Positions 12,900 to 26,465 of a stretch of DNA of 64,000 nucleotides are shown here, in pieces. Origin of the DNA: Balanoglossus misakiensis. Lineage: Eukaryota; Animalia; Hemichordata. The translations under genes were made by a program, and so were the position numbers. How positions within the stretch are numbered: position 1 is the stretch's first letter; every line of letters begins with the position of its first letter. A model generated the notes under the pieces. The model was not told the DNA's origin and ran no database searches. It saw only the letters and a program-made list of their open reading frames with translations. Where the stretch lies: positions 711,740 to 775,739 of the forward strand of contig CM082578.2 of NCBI GenBank assembly GCA_040954595.2. Reading direction: 5' to 3'.

Positions 12900-13830
12900 A
12901 AATATTCTCTGTACTGTTAATAAAGTATAATGTCTGCTCCTAATTCTGCAAAACGTGTCATACTAAAATGTTATACCATTAGTGACACTATGACTAATAA
13001 TAAAATATCATACTCTCCCCTTATGTATTTCAGCTGTTAATGAAATGATATTCCCATCCCTATCTTTGTACTGGTACTAAGCTATAAGTAAAATGTTACA
13101 CTTATCCCAAGCATAGTACTGGTATTATAACTGGTAGTCCAATGCCATGCCCATCCCCTTGCTGTGTTAATTGATAATAAAGTGTCATACCCTGCCCTTG
13201 TTCTGTACTGTTGCTGTTAATAAAATGTTATGACAATCCCTCATTGTACTACATGTAATACTTCACGGTAAGTACAATATCATGCACATCCCTTGCTTTT
13301 TAGTAAAATGCCATGCCTTCCCCTAGTTCTGTACTATAACTGTTAGTCAAATGTTATGTCCAACACTCACTTTGTACTATAAGTTACCAATAATAAAAAT
13401 GTCATGCCCTCCCTGCTTCTCTATAGTTGTTCATAAAATGTTACTCCCACCCCAAGGGTAGTAATGGTACTTGAACTGTTAGTAACATATCATGCCCATG
13501 TTCCTAGTTATGAACTGAAACGTTTAGGCTAATCAACTGTAATGGTCATGTACTTGGTTTAGTAAAATGTCTGCCAATGTCTTGCCTAGTTCTACAACTC
13601 ATAATAAAATGCCATGCCCTCCCCTAGTTCCGTACTGTAGGGGTCAATAAAACGCATTATCTGGCCACCCCTAGCTCTTAAGTTGATCGTATGCCATGCC
13701 GAAACCTAGTTCTGTATTGTGACTTAGAGCTGCGATGGTCCTATAAAGCTTATAAAACTTGTGCACACTTCAAATAGGCCGAAAATGTCATGTGTACCGA
13801 CTGATAATAAACTGTCATTTCATCCCAGCT
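12900..13830. repeat. Degenerate ~40-45-bp minisatellite block (AATAAAATGTCATGCCC...TTCTGTACT)
   Basis: AAAATGYCATGCCC and TAGTTCTGTACT-like motifs recur at roughly 40-45-bp spacing. Confidence 0.65.
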
Positions 13831-16800
13831 ATGCACCCAAAAAATGACGTGGCATTAACACTAGAGGACGTGTACTGATCTGAGTGAATCAGATCCCGTG
13901 AGGAGTACGGTGCCCAGAGTACACGTGTACTAGTAGAGAAATGCCAAGTGTTGCTACATCTTTGCGCTTCTCCCGCCATTGCTCTCTGGAAAATAGGAGT
14001 GTGGTCGAGCGAACTGGTGCGAGCGGAAAGTCGTGTTGCGACCGTCGGTGAGGCGAATTAAGACACAGCGCTAATAATAGTGTCTGTAACGACTATCACA
14101 CCAAAACTCATTTACAGTAAATATAAAAACAAACTACGTCGGAGAAGTGTTTCGACGTGTCTTCGTTCTCGAGGAGCCATTTGTATCTGTATTTGCATAC
14201 CAGAAAGCCACGCCTACCAGCCTCGTTCGCGGGTGACTTGTTTGTAATTGGCAAAGGCGAGTTAGTCATGTGCTTAGTTTGTTGGGTGTCAATGTAATCG
14301 TCCATGTTAACTTATTTGGTACAATTCGAGACATATGCACTCAAAAATGATGTGGCATTAAACACTAGAGGACGTGTACAGATCTGAGTGAATCAGATCC
14401 CGTGAGGTGTACGGTGCCCAGAGTACACGTGTACTAGTAGAGAAATGCCAAGTGTTGCTACATCTTCGCGCTTCGCCCGCCATTGCTCTCCGGAAAATAG
14501 AAGTGTGGTCGAGCGAACACGTGCGAGCGGAAAGTCGTGTTGCGACCGTCGGTGAGGCGAATTAAGACACAGCGCTAATAATAGTGTCTGTAACGACTAT
14601 CACACCAAAACTCATTTACAGTAAATATAAAAACAGACTACGTCGGAGAAGTGTTTCGACGTGTCTTCGTTCTCGAGGAGCCATTTGTATCTGCATTTGC
14701 ATACCAGAAAGCCACGCCTTCCAGCCTCGTTCGCGGGTGACTTGTTTGTAATTGCCAAAGGCGAGTTAGTCATGTGCTTAGTTTGTTGGGTGTCAATGTA
14801 ATCGTCCATGTTAACTCATTTGGTACAATTCGAGACATATGCACTCAAAAATGATGTGGCATTAAACACTAGAGGACGTGTACTGATCTGAGTGAATCAG
14901 ATCACGTGAGGAGTACGGTGCCCAGAGTACACGTGTCCTAGTAAAGAAATGCCAAATGTTGCTACATCTTCGCGCTTCGCCCGCCAAGGTCGCCATGCCC
15001 ATCCCCTTGCTGTGTTAATTGATAATAAAATGTCATACCCTGCCCTTGTTCTGTACTGTTGCTGTTAATAAAATGTTATGACAATCCCTCATTGTACTAC
15101 ATGTAATACTTCACGGTAAGTACAATATCATGCACATCCCTTGCTTTTTAGTAAAATGCCATGCCTTCCCCTAGTTCTGTACTATAACTGTTAGTCAAAT
15201 GTCATGTCCAACACTCACTTTGTACTATAAGTTACCAATAATAAAAATGTCATGCCCTCCCTGCTTCTCTATAGTTGTTCATAAAATGTTACTCCCACCC
15301 CAAGGGTAGTAATGGTACTTGAACTGTTAGTAACATATCATGCCCATGTTCCTAGTTATGAACTGAAACGTTTAGGCTAATCAACTGTAATGGTCATGTA
15401 CTTGGTTTAGTAAAATGTCTGCCAATGTCTTGCCTAGTTCTACAACTCATAATAAAATGCCATGCCCTCCCCTAGTTCCGTACTGTAGGGGTCAATAAAA
15501 CGCATTATCTGGCCACCCCTAGCTCTTAAGTTGATCGTATGCCATGCCGAAACCTAGTTCTGTATTGTGACTTAGAGCTGCGATGGTCCTATAAAGCTTA
15601 TAAAACTTGTGCACACTTCAAATAGGCCGAAAATGTCATGTGTACCGACTGATAATAAACTGTCATTTCATCCCAGCTATGCACCCAAAAAATGACGTGG
15701 CATTAACACTAGAGGACGTGTACTGATCTGAGTGAATCAGATCCCGTGAGGAGTACGGTGCCCAGAGTACACGTGTACTAGTAGAGAAATGCCAAGTGTT
15801 GCTACATCTTTGCGCTTCTCCCGCCATTGCTCTCTGGAAAATAGGAGTGTGGTCGAGCGAACTGGTGCGAGCGGAAAGTCGTGTTGCGACCGTCGGTGAG
15901 GCGAATTAAGACACAGCGCTAATAATAGTGTCTGTAACGACTATCACACCAAAACTCATTTACAGTAAATATAAAAACAAACTACGTCGGAGAAGTGTTT
16001 CGACGTGTCTTCGTTCTTGAGGAGCCATTTGTATCTGCATTTGCATACCAGAAAGCCACGCCTACCAGCCTCGTTCGCGGGTGACTTGTTTGTAATTGGC
16101 AAAGGCGAGTTAGTCATGTGCTTAGTTTGTTGGGTGTCAATGTAATCGTCCATGTTAACTTATTTGGTACAATTCGAGACATATGCACTCAAAAATGATG
16201 TGGCATTAAACACTAGAGGACGTGTACTGATCTGAGTGAATCAGATCCCGTGAGGAGTACGGTGCCCAGAGTACACGTGTACTAGTAGAGAAATGCCAAG
16301 TGTTGCTACATCTTCGCGCTTCGCCCGCCATTGCTCTCCGGAAAATAGAAGTGTGGTCGAGCGAACACGTGCGAGCGGAAAGTCGTGTTGCGACCGTCGG
16401 TGAGGCGAATTAAGACACAGCGCTAATAATAGTGTCTGTAACGACTATCACACCAAAACTCATTTACAGTAAATATAAAAACAGACTACGTCGGAGAAGT
16501 GTTTCGACGTGTCTTCGTTCTCGAGGAGCCATTTGTATCTGCATTTGCATACCAGAAAGCCACCCCTACCAGCCTCGTTCGCGGGTGACTTGTTTGTAAT
16601 TGCCAAAGGCGAGTTAGTCATGTGCTTAGTTTGTTGGGTGTCAATGTAATCGTCCATGTTAACTCATTTGGTACAATTCGAGACATATGCACTCAAAAAT
16701 GATGTGGCATTAAACACTAGAGGACGTGTACTGATCTGAGTGAATCAGATCACGTGAGGAGTACGGTGCCCAGAGTACACGTGTCCTAGTAAAGAAATGC

Positions 16801-17091
16801 CAAATGTTGCTACATCTTCGCGCTTCGCCCGCCAAGGTCGCCATGCCCATCCCCTTGCTGTGTTAATTGATAATAAAATGTCATACCCTGCCCTTGTTCT
16901 GTACTGTTGCTGTTAATAAAATGTTATGACAATCCCTCATTGTACTACATGTAATACTTCACGGTAAGTACAATATCATGCACATCCCTTGCTTTTTAGT
17001 AAAATGCCATGCCTTCCCCTAGTTCTGTACTATAACTGTTAGTCAAATGTCATGTCCAACACTCACTTTGTACTATAAGTTACCAATAATA
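13144..17091. repeat. 1848-bp tandem duplication (copies start at 13144, 14992, 16840); the third copy is split by the Helentron and resumes at 43929
   Basis: ORF-track twins are offset by 1848 (14108/15956 and 14612/16460). The sequence TTACCAATAATA at 17091 continues as AAAATGTCATGCCCTCCC at 43929. Confidence 0.95.
13830..14991. repeat. ~504-bp tandem repeat family (2.3 units here; further units at 15680-16839 and 44370-48850)
   Basis: Units begin GCACTCAAAAATGATGTGGCATT and twin ORFs are offset by 504. A diverged subfamily occurs at 46876-48850. Confidence 0.93.
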
Positions 17092-20000
17092 ATTAAAGCT
17101 GCAAGCAGCATTGTCCGGGCCCAAGCTCTATTATCTGATCTGATTATTAGATATGCACATAATTAATGAGTAGAAACATAATGCTGTGTTTTATCCCATG
17201 AAATATCAAGGTTATATCTATGTTTGGTGTTGATATAGTGTTAAGCAGGTCAAAGGTCACCCAGAGGTCACCCACAATTTGGGCAGAAAATTTTGACCCA
17301 TAGTGGTCCATGTCCAACAAAAACCAAAACTCTAGCTCTATTGGTTTGCGTGTAATTAGGTATGTGCATATTTAATGAGGTCAGCAGGTGTCACTGGTGA
17401 CCCAAAAATTTGGCTTTTCATTATGGCCCCATACCTCTAAACGCCAAGGCTGTATCTGCTTTGGATACCGAGAAATGCGAAAGTAGGTCAAAGGTCACCT
17501 GAGGTCACCCAAAATTTGGGCAAATTATTTTGACCCAATACTGTTCAAAGTCCAAAAAAGACCAAAACTCTAGGTCTATTGGTTCATCTGTAATTAGGTA
17601 TGCGCATATTTAATGAGGTCAGCAGAGGTCAAAGGGGTCATGAAAAGTAGCAAAATTTTTTGATCACATACAAATCCACATACAACAAAAACCAAACTTA
17701 TAGCCCTATTGGTTAGCCTGGAATTAGATATGCAGAAAATTGATGCGTCAAAAGTAGGTCAAAGGTCATTGCCAAAATTACCAAAATATTTATAGCTTAT
17801 TCTTGTTATATGATGATTCATATCCATAAAAAGAATTTCTGTGCTATCAATTTTTAGGCTAGAAAGGGAATTTTTACTTTTTAATCGTTTTTCACAAAAT
17901 CCAATATGGCCGCCATAATCTTCGACCAATCACATTCCTCTTCGCAAACTTGATAGACATCTGTTGAATGACCACACACACAAAATCTTGTGATTCGGTT
18001 AGCGCCGGTTCTCGAGAAGAAGATTTTTGAAATTTTACTAGGGTTTTTCGAAAATCCAATATGGCCGCCATAATCTTCGACCAATCACAATGATCTTCGC
18101 AAACATGATAGACATCAGTTAGGTGACCACATACCCCAAACCCCGTGTCTCGGTTATCACCGGTTCTGGAGAAGAAGATTTTTGAAATTTAAGCCAGATT
18201 TCAGAAAAAAAATTGTAGCAAAAAAACTGCAACATTGACAGCATAATTTCCAATTACAAAAATGTTTGACAGAAGGTAGTCTACCTGCACGCCAAATTTG
18301 AAGTCGATCTGACTTGTAGTTTCTGAGATCTGAGATTTGCATTTTTTCAGAAAATCCAAGATGGCCGCCAGGTCATGTGACTAATTAAAAATTCATGGGT
18401 TCAATGCACGACTACTCATTGACCTTAACCACTGTAGCAAGTTTGAGAACTGTACCTGCAGTGGTGTCTGAGATCTAGAGCGACAAAGAAATGACAGAAG
18501 AATAAAGAAAGAAAGAAAGATTAAAGCTGCAAGCAGCATTGTCCGGGCCCAAGCTCTATTATCTGATCTGATGCTAATATAGTGTTAAGTAGGTCAAAGG
18601 TCACCCGAGGTCACCCAACATTTGGGCAAAATATTTTGACCCCATACTGGTCTATGTATAACAAAAACAAAACCTCTAGGTCTATTGGTTCATCATTAAT
18701 TAGGTATGCGCATATTTAATGAGGTCACCAGAGGTCAAAGGGGTCATGAAAAGTAGCAAAATGTTTTGATCACATACAAATCCACATACATCAAAAACCA
18801 AACTTATAGCCCTATTGGTTAGCCTGGAATTAGATATGCAGAAAAATGATGCATCAAAAGTAGGTCAAAGGTCATTGCCAAAATTACCAAAATATTTATA
18901 GCTTATTCTTGTCATATGATGATTCATATCCATAAAAAGAATTTCTGTGCTATCAATTTTTAGGCTAGAAAGGGCATTTTTACTTTTTAATCGTTTTTCA
19001 CAAAATCCAATATGGCCGCCATAATCTTCGACCAATCACATTCCTCTTTGCAAACTTGATAGACATCTGTTTAATGAACACACACACCAAATCTTGTGAC
19101 TCGGTTATCGCCGGTTCTTGAGTAGAAGATTTTTCAAATTTTACTAGGGTTTTTCGAAAATCCAATATGGCCGCCATAATCTTGGACCAATCACAATGAT
19201 CTTCGCAAACTTGATAGACATCAGTTAGGTGACCACATAACCCAAACCCCGTGTCTCGGTTATCACCGGTTCTGGAGAAGAAGATTTTTGAAATTTAGGC
19301 CAGATTTCAGAAAAACAACTGTAGCAAAAAAACTGCAACTTTGTCAGCATAATTTCCAATTACAAAAATGATGGGCAGAAGGTAGTCTACCAGCATGCCA
19401 AATTTGAAGTCGATCTGACTTGTAGTTTCTGAGATCTGAGATTTGCATTTTTTCAGAAAATCCAAGATGGCCGCCATGTCACGTGACTAATTAAGTATTC
19501 ACAAGTCACTGCACATCTACTCATTGACCTTGACCACTGTAGAAAGTTTGAGAACTGTACCTGCAGCGGTGTCTGAGATCTAGAGCGATAAAGAATGGAA
19601 CCAAGAATAAAGAAAGAATTAAAGCTGCAAGCAGCATTGTCCGGGCCCAAGCTTTATTATCTGATCTGATTATAAGATATGCACATAATTAATGAGTAGA
19701 AACATAATGCTGTGTTTTATCCCATGAAATATCAAGGTTATATCTGTTTGGTGCTGATATAGTGTTAAGTAGGTCAAAGGTCACCCAGGGGTCACCCATA
19801 ATTTTGGCAGAACATTTTGACCCATACTGGTTCATGTCCAACAAAAAACAGACCTCTACCCCTTTTGGTTAGCCCGGAATTAGGTATGCACATAAATAAT
19901 GAGTTAAGCAGGTGTCACAGGTGACCAAAAACTTTGGCTTTTCATTATGGCCCCATACCTCCAAACGCCAAGGCTGTATCTGCTGTGGATGCTGAGATTT

Positions 20001-22466
20001 GCGAAAGTAGGTCAAAGGTCACCAGAGGTCACCCAACATTTGGGTAAAAAAAATTGACCCCATACTTGTCCTGTCCAACAAAAACAAAACCTCTAGGTCT
20101 ATTGGTTTGCCTGTAATTAGCTATGCACATAATTAATGAGGTCAGCAGGGGTCAAAGGGGTCATGAAAAGTAGCAAAATATTTTGATCACACACTTATCC
20201 ACAAACATCAAAAACCAAACTTATAGCCCTATTGGTTAGCCTGGAATTAGATATGCAGAAAAATGATGCGTCAAAAGTAGGTCAAAGGTCATTGCCAAAA
20301 TTACCAAAATATTTATAGCTCATTCTTGGCATATGATGATTAATATCCATAAAAAGAATTTCTGTGCTATCAATTTTTAGGCTAGAAAGGGAATTTTTTC
20401 TTTTTAATCGTTTTTCACAAAATCCAATATGGCCGCCATAATCTTCGACCAATCACATTCCCCTTCGCAAACTTGTTAGACATCTGTTTAATGACCACAC
20501 ACACCAAATCTTGTGACTCGGTTATAGCCGGTTCTTGAGAAGAAGATTTTTGAAATTTTACTAGGGTTTTTCGAAAATCCAATATGGCCGCCATAATCTT
20601 CGACCAATCACAATGATCTTCGCAAACTTGATAGACATCAGTTAGGTGACCACATACCCAAAACCCTGTGTCTCGGTTATCACTGGTTCTGGAGAAGAAG
20701 ATTTTTGAAATTTAAGCCAGATTTCAGAAAAAAAATTGTAGCAAAAAAACTGCAACTTTGTCAGCATAATTTCCAATTACAAAAATGATTGACAGAAGGT
20801 AGTCTACCTGCACGCCAAATTTGAAGTCGATCTGACTTGTAGTTTCTGAGATCTGAGATTTGCATTTTTTCAGAAAATCCAATATGGCCGCCAGGTCACG
20901 TGACTAATTAAAAATTCATGGGTTCAATGCACGACTACTCATTGACCTTGACCACTGTAGCAAGTTTGAAAACTGTACCTGCAGTGGTGTCTGAGATCTA
21001 GAGCGACAAAGAATTGACATAAGAATAAAGAAAGAAAGAAAGAAAGAATTAAAGCTGCAAGCAGCATTGTCCGGGCCCAAGCTCTATTATCTGATCTGAT
21101 TATCAGATATGCACATAATTAATGAGTAGGAACATAATGCTGTGTTTTATCCCATGAAATATCAAGGTTATATCTATGTTTGGTGTTGATATAGTGTTAA
21201 GTAGGTCAAAGGTCACCCAGAGGTCACCCACAATTTGGGCAGAAAATTTTGACCCATAGTGGTCCATGTCCAACAAAAACCAGATCTCTAGCCCTTTTGG
21301 TTAGCCCGAAATTAGGTATGCACATAAATAATGAGTTAAGCAGGTGTCAGAGGTGACCCAAAACTTTGGCTTTTCATTATGGTCCCATACCTCCAAACGC
21401 CAACGCTGTATCTGCTATGGATGTCAAGATATGCAAAAGTAGGTCAAAGGTCACCCAAGTCACCCAACATTTGGGTAAAAACATTTGACCCCATACTGGT
21501 CCTGTCCAACAAAAACAAAATCTCTAGGTCTATTGGTTCGCCTATAATTAGCTATGCACATAATTAATGAGGTCAGCAGGGGTCAAAGGGGTCGTGAAAA
21601 GTAGCAAAATATTTTGATCACACACTAATCCACATACATCAAAAACCAAACTTATAGCCCTATTGGTTAGCCTGGAATAAGATATGCAGAAAAATGATGC
21701 GTCAAAAGTAGGTCAAAGGTCATTGCCAAAATTACCAAAATATTTATAGCACATTGTTGTCATATGATGATTCATATCCATAAAAAGAATTTCTGTGCTA
21801 TCAATTTTTAGGCTAGAAAGGGAATTTTTACTTTTTAATCGTTTTTCGCAAAATCCAATATGGCCGCCATAATCTTCGACCAATCACAATGCTCTTTGCA
21901 AACTTGATAGACATCAGTATAGTGACCATACTGCCCAAATCTTGTGACTCAATTATCGCCGGTTCTTGAGAAGAAGATTTTTGAAGTTTTACTATGGTTT
22001 TTCGAAAATCCAATATGGCCGCCATAATCTTCGACCAATCACAATGATCTTCGCAAACTTGATAGACATCAGTTAGGTGACCACATACTTCAAACCCCGT
22101 GTCTCGGTTATCACCGGTTCAGGAGAAGAAGATTTTTGAAATTTAAGCCAGATTTCAGAAATAAAATTGTAGCAAAAAAACTGCAACATTGTCAGCATAA
22201 TTTCCAATTACAAAAATGATGGGCAGAAGGTAGTCTACCAGCATGCCAAATTTGAAGTTGATCTGACTTGTAGTTTCTGAGATCTGAGATTTGCATTTTT
22301 TCAGAAAATCCAAGATGGCCGCCAGGTCACGTGACTAATTAAAAATTCACAGGTTCAATGCACGACTACTCATTGACCTTGACCACTGTAGCAAGTTTCA
22401 GAAGTGTACCTGCAGCGGTGTCTGAGATCTAGAGCGACAAAGAATTGACACAAGAATAAAGAAAGA
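17092..22466 (+). mobile_element. Four non-autonomous Helentron (HINE-like) bodies of 1428, 1098, 1430 and 1419 bp
   Basis: The left terminus recurs at 17092, 18520, 19618, 21048 and 22467. Each unit ends in the right-subterminal sequence GAGATCTAGAGCGA...(GAAA)n but lacks the final hairpin. Confidence 0.88.
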
Positions 22467-25400
22467 ATTAAAGCTGCAAGCAGCATTGTCCGGGCCCAAG
22501 CTCTATTATCTGATCAGATTATTAGATATGCACATAATTAATGAGTAGAAACATAATGCTGTGTTTTATCCCATGAAATATCAAGGTTATATCTATGTTT
22601 GGTGCTGATACAGTGTTAAGTAGGTCAAAGGTCACCCAGGGGTCACCCACAATTTGGGCAGAATATTTTGACCTATAGTGGTCCATGTCCAACAAAAACC
22701 ACACCTCTAGCCCTTTTGTTTAGCCTGGAATTAGGTATGCACATAATTAATGAGTTAAGCAGGTGTCACAGGTGACCCAAAACTTTGGCTTTTCATTATG
22801 GCCCCATACCTCAAAACGCCAAGGCTGTATCTGCTGTGGATGCTGAGATATGCGAAAGTAGGTCAAAGGTCACCAGAGGTCACCCAACATTTGGGTAAAA
22901 AATTTTGACCCCATTCTTGTCCTGTCCAACAAAAACAAAACATCTAGGTCTATTGGTTCATCATTAATTAGGTATGTGCATATTTAATGAGGTCAGCAGA
23001 GGTCAAAGGGGTCATGAAAAGTAGCAAAATTTTTGATCGCATACAAATCCACATACATCAAAAACCAAACTTATAGCCCTATTGGTTAGCCTGGAATTAG
23101 ATATGCAGAAAAATGATGCGTCAAAAGTAGGTCAAAGGTCATTGCCAAAATTACCAAAATATTTATAGCTTATTCTTGGCATATGATGATTCATATCCAT
23201 AAAAAGAATTTCTGTGCTATCAATTTTTAGGCTAGAAAGGGAATTTTTACTTTTTAATCGTTTTTCACAAAATCCAATATGGCCGCCATAATCTTCGACC
23301 AATCACATTCACCTTCGCAAACTTGATAGACATCTGTTTAATGACCACACACACCAAATCTTGTGACTCAGTTATCGCTGGTTCTTGAGAAGAAGATTTT
23401 TGAAATTTTACTAGGGTTTTTCGAAAATCCAATATGGCCGCCATAATCTTCGACCAATCACAATGATCTTCGCAAACTTGATAGACCTCAGTTTGGTCAC
23501 CACATACCCCAAACCCCGTGTCTCGGTTATCACCGGTTCTGGAGAAGAAGATTTTTGAAATTTAAGCCAGATTTCAGAAAACAACTGTAGCAAAAAAACT
23601 GCAACATTGACAGCAAAATATCCAATTACAAAAATGATGGGCAGAAGGTAAACTACCAGCACACCAAATCTGAAGTAAATCTGACTTGTAGTTTCTGAGA
23701 TCTGAGATTTGCATTTTTTCAGAAAATCCAATATGGCCGCCATGTCACGGTCAAAAATCATTGCCAAAATTACCAAAATATTTGGGGTAGGTCCTGGCAG
23801 GGGTGATACCAATGTGCACAAAAATCAGAACTCTGGTGCATTTAGAACAGGTAGAATGAGCTATATATGCATCCCTATAGGTTAGCCTGGAAATAGATAT
23901 GCAGAAATAATAATGTGTGAAAAGTAGGTCAAAGGTCAGGTGAAAAATCGCCAAAAATTTGTAACATATTTTAGTCATATGACGATTGATATCCATAAAA
24001 AGAATTTGCATGCTATCAATGTTTAGACTAGAAAAAGGAATTTCAATTTTTCACTGCTTTTTACAAACTCCAATATGGCCGCCATATTTTTCGACCAATC
24101 ACAATGCTCTTTGCAAACCTGATAGACATCAGTGTAATGACCATACTCCCCGAATCTTGCGACTCAGTTATCTCCAGTTCTGGAGAAGATTGTTAGAGTT
24201 TTACTATGGTTTTTCGAAAATCCAATATGGCCGCCATAATCTTCGACCAATCACAATGTTCTACGCAAACTTAGTAAAAATTGTGGCAAAAAAACTGGAA
24301 CATGGACAGCATAATGTCCAATTACAAAAATGATGGGTAAAAGGTAGACTACAAACTATTATGATTACACACTAATCCACATGCATCATTACACATGCAG
24401 TAGTTGAGGGCGAAATACAAAGTTAGAATGGACACATTATGTGATTGGTTAATTAGTCACAAGTGATGTGTGGATTGGTTGTAAATAGTTGAAAATTTTC
24501 ATCTGAATCAGTGAAAGTTTTGACAGAGGTATTTGTTTGGCTATAAACATATCTTTAATTAAGTGAACAGATCTGTATATTACATTCGTTAACTGTGAAG
24601 AGGATGTAGTATAGATATACCAATATATTGAGCTGTATAAACAGAGTGTTAACCCAACACGTCTTTGGGGTATGAATCTGAAAGCAACTTCATCCTACGC
24701 ACTTGAATCCGAAAACGAATCTGACTCCAGCAGAGGCGTTGACCTGAATCCGGTGAGTAACACGTATACAATTACATGCAGTTTTTAAATGTGGTTCGAA
24801 TGAGAGAATCGGTGGTTTGAACGTATAATACTTGGTGATGTTGGTTATGAAGTTGTTGTTTAACCAATGGTAGTGTGATTTTGTTTGTTTGTGAGACGAT
24901 GGCAGTTTTGTAAGATGTTTTGTATTTTCGTCTCGAGCGAATTCCAATATGGCGGCTATCGTAACGTGTCGAGATTGCTTTAATACTGTATGTAAAGAAT
25001 CCATGATACCGTAAGCATGCATGTTTTGGCAAATGTTATATATGTTGAGATGGTGGAGTTTGCTGGATTAAATAGAACAATTAGAGGCTGGGTAAATCAG
25101 AGTTTCTAGTGCGTTCCATTCAAGTTGAAATTACGAGATAAGCTTCTTTTTGCAGTCAATGTACAAATGATTATTTAGACAGGAAAGGGTTTAGGCAAGC
25201 GAATCTCGTGACCGGAAGTGTTGAATTCGGGCGATCGGTGTGTCATGCGTATGTTACGTACAAGCGTTGGTAAAGTATTATTTCTGGGATGTGTATTTGT
25301 AAAAAAAAATAAACTGTGTGATATTTATGGATTGGCTTTTCCAAATACGTAAATACTGCATTTATTTCTGTGAATATTGTATGTTTATGTGATCAAAAGC

Positions 25401-25935
25401 CCAGGGGTTATCATTGTAATTTTTATCAGTTAAATCGATTTGTTTTTTGATAATTGAAAGGAATTTTGCTTCAAATATTGAACAATCTGTGTGAGTACAA
25501 AACAGAAACATTGCTGGATTATTTGACGTTTTAGTTGTTTGTAAAAATGTGGGGACAAGCGGAGAATTGGCCAAATATTTTTGGTGACCACTGTCTTTAG
25601 TGTGTATGCTTTCTGGTGGTGACAGGTGTGCCAAAACATAGACAATGGAATCTGGCAGGAGCATGAAAAGAACAGTTGACTTGTAAACATATTTTGATGC
25701 CATGAAACTATGTTGTGGGCAAGACAAGTTATGTTATCAATCTGTGGTAACCTGTATGTGCCATTTGTATGGAAACTGTGATCAAGATATGAATTTCTGA
25801 ATATCAAAAGCTTGGCAGTGAATTCATTGTTAATTGTTATCCTGTTTGTAGGCAATTGTATATTTTCATGTACTAGTTTAAATATACATTTATAGTTAAT
25901 TAGTTATTAATTATTATTTATTATTTTCTTGACAG

Positions 25936-25961
25936 ATTTTGGCTACCAAAGAGTTTTCAAG
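25936..25961 (+). other. Candidate 26-nt non-coding exon of the Helentron transcript
   Basis: Flanked by TTATTTTCTTGACAG (acceptor) and AG|GTGAGT (donor). A matching acceptor, TTTGCTTTGTTCCAG, lies directly before ATG 28833. Confidence 0.45.
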
Positions 25962-26465
25962 GTGAGTGTTGGTGCCCAACAGTGCATAGTATCATAGATT
26001 AACACACTCAGGTGTGCATTGTGTCAAATGTGAATTAGTCTTTTAAATCATTTGCGGAGGAATTGCTTAGTTCTACTATCAGTCACACTATGGTTTAATA
26101 TCAGATATGATGATTGTCCACTTCCATGCACCGTCTGTTAACATGTAAAAGCACTAGCCCATTTCTTTGAATTTGTTATTCAGGGGTGACGGAAGAAAAA
26201 ACATATTGTAATAGTTCATAGAAATGGTGTTTATTGAATACATCAGAAAGGAAGGGACTTGTATGTGCAGAACAATCGTTGTGCTATGTGGTGTTAAGAC
26301 CATTGGATAGTGCCATTTCTTACAATAGTGGCTTCAATAAAACATTGGTATGATGTATGTTTCTTGATATCCCTGCCTTGTTATTGAACTTGTATATTAA
26401 ATTGTTAAGTGTAAATCAGGTCTATAACAATCGTTTGTGATTTGTATGAGTACATAATGAAAATG

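Noticed and set aside
14520-14600. RNase P/MRP CR-I-like GGAAAGTC, or a 7SK/telomerase RNA identity for the 504-bp unit
   Set aside because: The motif is absent in the second subfamily, and there is no CR-V box, telomeric template or canonical hammerhead core.
14108-16657. Repeated 65-aa ORFs (MDDYIDTQQ...) as a gene family
   Set aside because: These are by-products of the 504-bp repeat. The frame is not conserved in the diverged subfamily and no domain is recognisable.
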